Below are positions 7,799 through 16,500 of a DNA stretch of 64,000 nt, in pieces. The notes under the pieces are model-generated. The model searched no databases, had not been told where the DNA came from, and saw only the letters and a list, made by a program, of their open reading frames with translations. The DNA comes from Escherichia phage ECP2303. The translations under genes and the position numbers were made by a program. Where the stretch lies: sequence record PP261279.1. The stretch is one strand, 5' to 3'. Each line of letters begins with the position of its first letter. Position 1 is the stretch's first letter.

Positions 7799-9271
7799 TC
7801 TGGAGTTTTAATGGATAGCAGAAGTTCAGAAATCATTGCCTCACAGAAAGATGATGCCCTGAGAATGTTGCAGGCTGCACGTATGTATCTCCTTGAAAAG
7901 CTGCCGTTTTATGGCACACTGCTGTCAGGATTGCAGTTCGTAGAAAACCACACATGGTGCTCCACCATGGCAACCGACCATAAACGCATCTATTACAGCC
8001 CTGAGTTCATTATGGGATTGGCTGATGAACGCAAGGTTATTCTTAAGGCTTCTCTAACTGACGAACAGTTTGAGATGGCTGAGGTTTTCTATTCCCTCAA
8101 ATCTGTGAAAGAGGTGGCTTTTCTTCTGTCACACGAGGTGGGGCATATTATCTGTGATCACCTGGTCCGTGGTAAAAGCTTCGAGCCGGAACTGTTTAAT
8201 ATTGCTTGTGATCATGTTATCAACACAGGTCTTGTGGTTGACTTTAGCAAGCCTCCCTGTGTTTTCTTCCCGAAGGGGAAAAGCACTACGTTCGTGAAAG
8301 GTAAGCCTTTTGGTTTCTTAGCCAGCTGCTACTGCGACATGAGGTTTCATGGATGGATTGCTGAGAACGTCTATGCGGTTCTTGATAAGCAAAGAGATCA
8401 GAATAACGGTAAAAGTAAGAGCGGTAAAGGTGAGAACTCTCAAGGGGATAAGCGACAAACCGATGATCACATGAGTGGGAACGGTGGCACCAGCGATGAT
8501 CTTGGAAAGGCTATGGGGTATGATCAGCCACAACCTGTAATCAGCCAATCTGATAAAGATCAGGCCATGCAAGACTCTGGTGACATGCTGGAAGCAGCAA
8601 TGCAAGCTTCCGGAGGTCGTTGCCCCGAGGCGGTGCGTGAGTTTGTCAAGAACAGAGGTAAGCCTGTAATCAACTATATAGACATCATTAAGCAACGCAT
8701 GTTGTCTAAACGAAAGGCCGAACTGACCTACAGAAAACCTGGTCGCCGATCTGGGTCTTTGACCAGCACAATGCGAAAAGTTGGGGCTATAAACAAGAAC
8801 CAGCACGTTATTGTTCCTGGTCGTAATCCGGAAAACACCATAGATATTGTGGTAGCTTTAGACGTTTCTGGCTCGATATCTCAAAGAACTTTAAAGAAAA
8901 TGTTCAATGAAATCACCGGATTGTGCAATCTGTATAAAGAGTTTAAGGTTACAATGTTCTGTTGGTCAACTGAAGTCGGAGAGGTTAAAGTATATACTCG
9001 CGGCAACATAGACGAAATGATCAACTATGAGGTCCACTCAACATGGGGCACAACAGCTGCTTGCGTGTTCGAGTATCTGGATGCCAACATACCAAATGCA
9101 AAAGATGTCATCGTCCTGACCGACCTATACTTTGAGCATAACTTTGAACAAAAGGCTGTTGACAACAAGTGGAAAAAGTACGATACTTTATGGGTTCTCA
9201 CCGAAGGGTATAATAAAAATTATATCCCTAGCTTTGGTAAAACTGTGGAATTAATCGAGTACGCTAAGTAA
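7790..9271 (+). CDS. Metallopeptidase-motif + von Willebrand factor A domain protein (DUF2201-like architecture); probable true start at 7811
   Basis: N-terminal half contains HExxH (SHEVGHIICDH). C-terminal half contains the VWA MIDAS motif DxSxS (VALDVSGSIS). Proteins of this architecture are typically partners of MoxR ATPases. Confidence 0.8.
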   Translation: MAPSGVLMDSRSSEIIASQKDDALRMLQAARMYLLEKLPFYGTLLSGLQFVENHTWCSTMATDHKRIYYSPEFIMGLADERKVILKASLTDEQFEMAEVFYSLKSVKEVAFLLSHEVGHIICDHLVRGKSFEPELFNIACDHVINTGLVVDFSKPPCVFFPKGKSTTFVKGKPFGFLASCYCDMRFHGWIAENVYAVLDKQRDQNNGKSKSGKGENSQGDKRQTDDHMSGNGGTSDDLGKAMGYDQPQPVISQSDKDQAMQDSGDMLEAAMQASGGRCPEAVREFVKNRGKPVINYIDIIKQRMLSKRKAELTYRKPGRRSGSLTSTMRKVGAINKNQHVIVPGRNPENTIDIVVALDVSGSISQRTLKKMFNEITGLCNLYKEFKVTMFCWSTEVGEVKVYTRGNIDEMINYEVHSTWGTTAACVFEYLDANIPNAKDVIVLTDLYFEHNFEQKAVDNKWKKYDTLWVLTEGYNKNYIPSFGKTVELIEYAK

Positions 9272-9277
9272 GAGAGG

Positions 9278-9544
9278 ATGTTATTTATGGCAACAGAGGT
9301 AGTAATTAAAGCTGAACGCCCAGTTAAAAAAGCTATCAACACGTTCCCTGTGGGGACCATTGTGAGCATGATCACAGAGTCAGGTCGTGTATCTACGCTG
9401 CTGATTGTGAAATCTGCATGTTCTTCTTGTGTGTGGGCTTACGATCTGGACGAGAAAGAACTAAAAGATTTTGTTGGGGAGCTGAAAGCAACCGAGCTCG
9501 ATGCTCGTATCGAAGTATTTGGTGAAACTATGGAGGAAGAGTAA
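9278..9544 (+). CDS. Hypothetical protein (88 aa)
   Basis: GAGAGG lies directly upstream of the ATG; co-oriented early ORF. Confidence 0.5.
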   Translation: MLFMATEVVIKAERPVKKAINTFPVGTIVSMITESGRVSTLLIVKSACSSCVWAYDLDEKELKDFVGELKATELDARIEVFGETMEEE

Positions 9545-9807
9545 TGACCACGAAAATCACTATTGCAGAACCGAAAGCTAACACGCAACCTATCGAAAAG
9601 TTTAAATGCGGCGAGGTGGTAACATTCACACCAGATAATGAAGATGCTAAGATTTTCGCAATGGTCACAGCTGAGTGGATGTGTGACAACACCACACAGG
9701 TTCTGCGTTTTGACACCTATCTTACCGATGAAATCAGGAACGACAAGATTGTGACTGGTGTGGATACTGAGATTGTTTTCTACAAGAGCTTTTTAGAGGG
9801 TTTCTGA
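9544..9807 (+). CDS. Hypothetical protein (87 aa)
   Basis: Start overlaps the upstream stop; co-oriented. Confidence 0.5.
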   Translation: MTTKITIAEPKANTQPIEKFKCGEVVTFTPDNEDAKIFAMVTAEWMCDNTTQVLRFDTYLTDEIRNDKIVTGVDTEIVFYKSFLEGF

Positions 9808-9808
9808 T

Positions 9809-10042
9809 ATGGCAAAAATTCGAAAATTATCTAGCAATCAGGTTGTGAAAGACTTCGAATCTGGAGAGATTCTTTATGTTCGTGATGCAGATGACGAAGG
9901 TGAAGATCTCGTTATGTTGGTGGGGCACGCTGAGGACGGATGCATCCAAGCTGTTTTTCTTGAAACAGCTATGGTGCACTGGATAGAGCTGGACTTGAAA
10001 GCACGAAAACCTAAAGCAGAAATCCTGATTTACGAAGATTAA
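9809..10042 (+). CDS. Hypothetical protein (77 aa)
   Basis: Tightly packed, co-oriented. Confidence 0.45.
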   Translation: MAKIRKLSSNQVVKDFESGEILYVRDADDEGEDLVMLVGHAEDGCIQAVFLETAMVHWIELDLKARKPKAEILIYED

Positions 10043-10058
10043 CAAAAAGGAGATAGCC

Positions 10059-10508
10059 GTGTTGAGCAAGCGTGAATGCGACAGCATTAGCCTGAATTCT
10101 TATAAGAAACAATGGTTTGGGGTAGAAGTTTGCCGACTGCGGCTAGGCTCCTACCTGAACTTCGTTTATTATGAGAGCGATAGTCGTATCGTTTCTTATG
10201 AAGTGTTCTACACTAAGAACACCTTCGAACTGCGCCGTAAAGTGGATGGCGGGAGAACTACCGCTCAGAATAATTGGGAAACTATCCTACCTACAGATGT
10301 TATAGGAAGTCCCCTGAATGTATCTGAAGATGAAAATCTTATGGTTCATGCTATGATGGGACTTGACAGCTTAGAGCTGGCAATCTATGATATGTCCATC
10401 GAAGCAGTTAAGCTGGACTACATCGAAAACACTTTAGAGGAAGGTATCAAGAAGTTTCTCAGTGAGAAATTAAAAGACCACTTTCATAAGGAGCTATACC
10501 TGTTATGA
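10059..10508 (+). CDS. Hypothetical protein (149 aa)
   Basis: AGGAG lies upstream; co-oriented. Confidence 0.55.
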   Translation: MLSKRECDSISLNSYKKQWFGVEVCRLRLGSYLNFVYYESDSRIVSYEVFYTKNTFELRRKVDGGRTTAQNNWETILPTDVIGSPLNVSEDENLMVHAMMGLDSLELAIYDMSIEAVKLDYIENTLEEGIKKFLSEKLKDHFHKELYLL

Positions 10509-10750
10509 AGACCCGTAAAGAACGTAACAAAATTTTACCTGGAGCTCTCGAACACCTGATGAAGTGCAGATCTATTTGGCACTCTGCCAAGGAAGGGCAG
10601 AAGGTGGTTGTGGTTAGTGACAATACCAACCCGTTTGGAGATTATACCACTATGATGGCCCCGTATGTCCGTGATGGTGTTGTGGAAGTGGTCCCTTACA
10701 ACGGTCTGCATGAACGGCACTTTGAAAGCACTTTGCTAGTGGAGCTATAG
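10505..10750 (+). CDS. Hypothetical protein (81 aa)
   Basis: ATGA overlap with the upstream gene. Confidence 0.5.
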   Translation: MKTRKERNKILPGALEHLMKCRSIWHSAKEGQKVVVVSDNTNPFGDYTTMMAPYVRDGVVEVVPYNGLHERHFESTLLVEL

Positions 10751-10752
10751 TC

Positions 10753-11319
10753 ATGGCGGTCAATGTGGCTTACAACACAGGAAAGCTTGACAGAGACATT
10801 GGGTGTCTTGTCCTTTCAGATACAGAAGAGTATTGGGGTTATGGGTTGCTGTCAGACCCACACCCGAGCAACCTTGTATCAACAGTGCTATACCGCTACG
10901 ACCCTGTGCCAACGGTACACGACAAAGACATTCACGACCTTCGGATCAAGTGTCTGGAAGATCTGCTGAACAATGGTTGCAATGATCTGAGGGTAGCCAA
11001 AGAGAAGCTTACAAACATTCACAAAGAGGAAGTGATGAGCACCCTCAGTAAGAGATCAGTGCACAAAAAGATGATGCTGAACTTTGCAATGGGTATCTAC
11101 ATGGACGGGTATAAGGGAGGTGATCCGATTCTCAAGCTTCGCTGCCCAACACTGTGGGAAAGGGTGGTTGACAGTAAGGACGGCACTGCCCTGCTTGAGC
11201 TTCACACTGCAGGTTGGATATGGCGGTATGTTGATGGATACCCTCTATGGGCATGTGGGCCTGGGGAATTTGTTGACAGGCCTAGTGCGGTGGTGGACCT
11301 GCTATTGCAGTTTGAATAA
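10753..11319 (+). CDS. Hypothetical protein (188 aa)
   Basis: Co-oriented, tightly packed ORF. Confidence 0.55.
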   Translation: MAVNVAYNTGKLDRDIGCLVLSDTEEYWGYGLLSDPHPSNLVSTVLYRYDPVPTVHDKDIHDLRIKCLEDLLNNGCNDLRVAKEKLTNIHKEEVMSTLSKRSVHKKMMLNFAMGIYMDGYKGGDPILKLRCPTLWERVVDSKDGTALLELHTAGWIWRYVDGYPLWACGPGEFVDRPSAVVDLLLQFE

Positions 11320-11374
11320 AAGTGAGATATAAGGTGTTCATGCACCTACTAACAATACAACAAGAGAGACTGAG

Positions 11375-11650
11375 ATGACGAAAGAAGAAGCTGACGTATT
11401 AGACTTTGCACTGGAGGCTACGCAAGAGGCTCTGGTGTTAGCTTGGAAAATGAACCAGCGTGCTGCAGAATGCAACCGCCGAATCAATGAGATCCTGGGC
11501 ATGTCTATGTATGATTTCACCATGCATGCTGGAGAGATTCCTGAATTAACTGCTGAGATGAATGATCTTGACGATAAAATTAATATCATTCTGAAGACAG
11601 CAGAAACAACTCACCAAACCGCCCGTAAATTTATCAACGAGAAGGTGTGA
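11375..11650 (+). CDS. Hypothetical protein (91 aa)
   Basis: GAGAG lies upstream; co-oriented. Confidence 0.5.
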   Translation: MTKEEADVLDFALEATQEALVLAWKMNQRAAECNRRINEILGMSMYDFTMHAGEIPELTAEMNDLDDKINIILKTAETTHQTARKFINEKV

Positions 11651-12117
11651 ATATGGACTACAGCTACTGCGGGGAAGAGGTCCCTTTTAACTACAGCAAT
11701 CTTACCACAAGCAATCCATATGAGACACGCCACGGCACACACATCATTGCCATTGACTTTGATGGAACATTTAATGCGAGTCCTTTCATCTTCTCCCGCC
11801 TGATCAGGGACCTGAAGAAGGAGAGGTGGACAGTATACCTTGTGACTTTCCGATTCATTACTCAAGACAATGTGGACATTGAGTATTGGCGCAAGGAGCT
11901 TGATGTTGGTGTGTTTTATACTGGAGGTATTCAGAAGGCAGCCTATCTGGCGCAGTTTGATATCTACCCAGATATTTGGATTGATGATTCTCCGGCATGT
12001 ATTCCGGCTAAAAATCAGTTAGAGTTTGCAATGAAGGAGATCGAGTATAAGTCTGAGGCTAAGCGGAACGGATGGCCTTTTATTATTGAAGATTACCCAG
12101 ATCCTGAACCGGAGTAA
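11647..12117 (+). CDS. HAD-superfamily hydrolase-like protein (possible nucleotidase/phosphatase)
   Basis: HAD motif I DxDGT is present (HIIAIDFDGTF). Small size (156 aa) and an acidic tail. Confidence 0.55.
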   Translation: MNMDYSYCGEEVPFNYSNLTTSNPYETRHGTHIIAIDFDGTFNASPFIFSRLIRDLKKERWTVYLVTFRFITQDNVDIEYWRKELDVGVFYTGGIQKAAYLAQFDIYPDIWIDDSPACIPAKNQLEFAMKEIEYKSEAKRNGWPFIIEDYPDPEPE

Positions 12118-12323
12118 GAGCCATGAGGCGAAGATATCATTACCTGATGTGGAAGTTATATCATGGTGCTGCTAAAGCTTACCGCACCGTGTTTAGTAAT
12201 GACAATCACTGCATTATGTTACGCCTTGCCGCCATTGGACATCACAATGAGTGGATTCGTGCAATCGTAATAGGTGACAAAGATTTTAAGTAAAGTATTG
12301 CTTTCTAGATGGAGACTGATTAA

Positions 12324-12704
12324 ATGTGCAAGTGTAAATCCTATAATTGGAAAGTGAAAGGTGCCAAGCATCAAAATGTTATCGTTGATGTGCCTAAAAA
12401 GCTCCGTGACGGCAAAAAACGTGTGTGCCTTGATAAGTGCATGGCTAAGCCTATCATGAGTCTATGGGCGGCAGGATTGAAAACTCTAAACTGCTGCTGT
12501 GGTCATAACAAAGATGTTCCAAGTATCATTATCCCAGAAGATGCAGACCCTAAAGCTTATGCAAAAATACTGACCCGCTACCCCAGCACCTTCCTGATCG
12601 GAAAATGGTGTCACGATGAACTTCAATGGTGGGTAGCATACGGTAGTATAGGTACTGCTTTTGGCTTTCCAGCCCTGTCAGAGCGCTACGTAAAAGTGTC
12701 ATAA
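12324..12704 (+). CDS. Cys-rich hypothetical protein (126 aa)
   Basis: Multiple Cys clusters (CKCK, CLDKC, NCCCGH, WCHDE) suggest metal binding. Confidence 0.5.
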   Translation: MCKCKSYNWKVKGAKHQNVIVDVPKKLRDGKKRVCLDKCMAKPIMSLWAAGLKTLNCCCGHNKDVPSIIIPEDADPKAYAKILTRYPSTFLIGKWCHDELQWWVAYGSIGTAFGFPALSERYVKVS

Positions 12705-12758
12705 TCGATTTTAAGGCCTCAAACGAGGCCTGTGCCTTCATAAATTGTCCTACCCTAT

Positions 12759-13277
12759 GTGATTACCCACCCTGAACAAAATACCTCTCCAAAATCGTTT
12801 AAAATTAAGCTTGACCCCAACATCAGATCTATGTATGATTACCTCACCAACCAAACAGAGGAGATCGTCATGAACAATCTTGCAGATGTAAATGTCGAAA
12901 TTGTTAAACTAAAGTTCTTGGGCTTTCGAGACCCTTATTCTTTAACAGCTATACTAATGGACACTCACTTCACACCAGGTAAAGAGTACACAGCCTTCCG
13001 TTATATTTGTGGAGATCACGAATCAGCTTATAGTGTGAATACAAACCTCGGCGAGGGATATTTCATCAGAGATATCACAGATCACTTATGGGGAATGTGG
13101 GAGTTGGTGGAAGAAGAGAATAAATCCCTTCCTAAAGAGATTTGGGTGCACACCTTCCACACAGGTAAGTTTGGAGGTACGGAACATAAGTCTATCCACT
13201 ATGATGAAGAAAGTGCCATCAAACAACAAGCTGTGCTTGGTGGATCTGTAGAAAAATTTTTTAAATGCGAGGACTGA
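12759..13277 (+). CDS. Hypothetical protein (172 aa; start uncertain)
   Basis: Co-oriented ORF with several candidate internal Met starts. Confidence 0.5.
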   Translation: MITHPEQNTSPKSFKIKLDPNIRSMYDYLTNQTEEIVMNNLADVNVEIVKLKFLGFRDPYSLTAILMDTHFTPGKEYTAFRYICGDHESAYSVNTNLGEGYFIRDITDHLWGMWELVEEENKSLPKEIWVHTFHTGKFGGTEHKSIHYDEESAIKQQAVLGGSVEKFFKCED

Positions 13278-13280
13278 GAA

Positions 13281-13481
13281 ATGGCTGATTTTTGTAAAGA
13301 TTGCTCTGAAGAGTTGTTTGGCTTTGACTGCAAAGATTTGGAAGGTCTGATCACTGAGGATCAGTGGAAGGAAGGCTATGCAGCACCTGTTATTTGTGAA
13401 GGTTGTGGCTATACCTATGTTGACCATAAAGGTAAGCGCGTCAAGCCGTCTGAAGATGGGGCATGTTGGGAGTATTACTAA
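13281..13481 (+). CDS. Small zinc-ribbon-like protein (66 aa)
   Basis: CxxC...CxxC pattern (CKDC...CEGC). Last gene before the bidirectional terminator. Confidence 0.45.
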   Translation: MADFCKDCSEELFGFDCKDLEGLITEDQWKEGYAAPVICEGCGYTYVDHKGKRVKPSEDGACWEYY

Positions 13482-13485
13482 CTAT

Positions 13486-13520
13486 AAAAAGAAAGGGGCC
13501 GTTTGGCCCCTTTTTATTTA
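13486..13520. terminator. Bidirectional intrinsic terminator between the convergent early (+) and late (-) operons
   Basis: GGGGCCGTTTGGCCCC hairpin (13495-13510) flanked by an A-tract upstream and a T-tract downstream, so it is functional in both orientations. Confidence 0.7.
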
Positions 13521-13527
13521 CCCCTTG

Positions 13528-16500
13528 TTAACGAGAAAAGGTTGCGTAGGCTTCTAGACGATACTGCTGGTCACCAGGGAACATAACACCTATAGAGGCT
13601 GTCCCTAGAATCCTGCCTTCCCTTCCAGACTCCATTCTGAACCCTACCCATCCTGAACTCCTTGCAGCCTCGATGTTGTCGCTATACCCGAAAGTGGCAA
13701 GATCGTCAACACCAGCCCCAAACAGCAACTGAAGCTGACTTCTCGGAAGCCCTATAATTTCAGGAATATACGCACCAAAGTACACCATCTGCCCTACCTT
13801 AGGACCGCTGCCGTACTCCATCGGTTTGCTTGTAGAGAAAGTCTTCATACCAGAAGTACCTGCCGGATTAGGGTATGCCCCGTTTGTTGCTGTACCTATC
13901 CACATTCTCCACTGTGGTGCCATCTGTTTAACAGTAAAAGATGTTGAGGACGTTTTGCGGCCTGCATCATCTGTAACTACAAACTTTATGGTGACATTCC
14001 CAGTAGCTTTAAATGTTACCAGTCCTGTGGTAGCATCCACTGTTGCAATGTTGGTATTGCTACTTTCCCAAGTCTTTCTAATCCCAGATACGTTGGAAGG
14101 GGTAATAGAAGGTTCCTGCATCTGCAGTTTACCGCCCACAATCCCTATGCCGTTGCCAGGATTATACAGTGCACCAACCTCGTCTATAATGTTCCCTGCT
14201 TTGAGACTATACTTCCTTGAGAAATTGTAGGTTCCGTTATAAGTGTGTGTCCCTGAGAAGGTGACATCTGCCTTCCCGTAAGAGATGCAAACCAACGCAT
14301 ACTTCCTGTCAGGCAACGTTTCTCCAGTCTCTGGGTGAGTTTTACCTACCTGGAACACACTCGGGTCAGTAGAGTCGTGACTATCACTAACGGAGCTTGG
14401 ACCGCCCATCAACTGTGACAAACAATTCCTTACCCATGTCCAGTTATTATCGCTGGAGAAGTCCACAGTCAAATCAAACACAACCCACTCATTTGGCTTC
14501 CACACAGGTGTTGTAATGGACTTGCCTACACCACCTCCTTGGAGTGTTGCCGACTGTTCAGTGATCAGGGCCGCATAGGCCAGAGTTCCTAAACTCAGAG
14601 TCTGGCTTGCTGTCCTCACTACCTTAGAATCAGCATCTGTGAAGTTGTTGATGATTTGGAATGTGCCATAAGTGTTTTTACAGGTAATTCTGGCGTTCAG
14701 TGTGTCAATCTTCCTCACATCTGCCATAGCAGTGTTAGACACAGAGAAGTCAGAAGCTTTAGCTGAGTTTGCCGCAACAGCAGGATCAACGTTAAGAGTT
14801 GCGTTGAACTGACAAGCAGGAGTAACCAGTAGCTTGTTATCACCTATTTGCTTCCATGAAACACTTTGAACAGGGAGATTCCATTTAATACCTGAGAAAA
14901 CCTTAGCAACCCTTGGCCCCAAAGCTCCAGTCCTGTTGTCTTTACAGCACATAGACATGGTGATCGTTGACGGAGTGGCCTGACCAAATAATTGCTGTGC
15001 TTTTGCAGAGGACATAGTGTAGAAATTGTCCTTAACAAACTCATCAGCAGCTAAAGATCCATCAGCTCTCCACCACTGAACCTGATACCCTGTTTTGTCC
15101 CAACCACCGACCTGCTTCAAGTCCTCCCAGGAGATTTCCAGATCCCCGGTGGTAGGATTGATTGCAGCAGTTCCTGGTGTTCCAGATGACCATATTGGAA
15201 TATCGAACCACGCTGGTTTAACCGACTGCACTGCGCTGGGACCTATTGCGGCAGCAAGTTGCTGGCCCATCAATACGCGAGCATCTTTCACCAGACCCCA
15301 CTCAATCATAGACCCAGAGTAACCTTCTTTCTTGTAGGCTGAGGATCCGTTCAAATGGATGAGTCGGCTTGTGCCAAAGTTATGTGCTCCACCACCGTTG
15401 TCGTCTGCAAAATTGGTTATGATTCTGTCCCTGATATTTTTCCATGCCCTGCCTCCAATCTCGTAGTCATGGTCATAACATCTTTGCAGTGTTGTCCAGC
15501 AAATGATCGCCATCCTTCTACCATTGCTGAAGCCAAAGGCCTGATCGTTAAGCTCTCTCCACAAGTAGCAGTTGGTGGTCCACATGGCCCTATGAATGTT
15601 AAACCAGTTTATAGATTTGGCTGAGTTGTTCCACTGAGTCCCAGGTAATTCAGGCCATACTGCATTAACCAGCATGTCTTCTGTTCCTGCATCAACCAAG
15701 AACCCTCTCACCTTCTTACCCATGCCTACCCTATCTTTTGCAATCCAACTGCCAAACAATCTCAGTTTTGGACCGTAGACAACATCTTCCGGATGCTCAA
15801 AAGAAATATATTTTAGGTATATTGTAGGGTCACCATAGGTGCCATCACAAACAGCTTTGTGCATGTTCTCACCAAGGTCTAGACGAAGTCCTGTTACAAC
15901 TCTAGACGTGTCGGTGAATTTGTCTGTTAAATCAAACTCATACCACCACCAACCTGCACCCAACAATACTTTCTTACAACGCTGTGCATCTGTATCAGAT
16001 ATTCTCTTATCGCCTGCAAAAGGTGAGTCAGCAAACTGATAGTGCAGAGCAACCTCAAAAGGATGTGTGGATGTCCCGTTTTCTGCAAGAACTTGTTTAC
16101 CTATCAGGTCGCACTTAATGATCATCACAACACGTTTGTATCCGTTTGTTACCGGAATTTGCATGGACATGGATGTCCCATCCATGTTTGATCTCAGTGC
16201 AGTCATGATGATATAAGGGTCAACGGCATTGCCCAAAGTCTCAGGACCGGGGATTATCTTATACTTCTTGACCTGCCCCATGATGTAGTCACTTGCGTAA
16301 GTTGCCTCATTCAAGCAAGATCCTCCACCAGGTAACTCACCAGGTCCCCAGAAAAATGCGCCGTAACAGTTGTAGAACCACTTGTTAGGATCGTATTTAT
16401 TCTTGAAGGTCTGAACCTCGTTGGCCTGTTTTGTCAAGAAAACCTGCGTGTCTGTGAAGATTGCAGGGTTTACTCTCGCCTGTCTTGGAGGGTAACCTGT

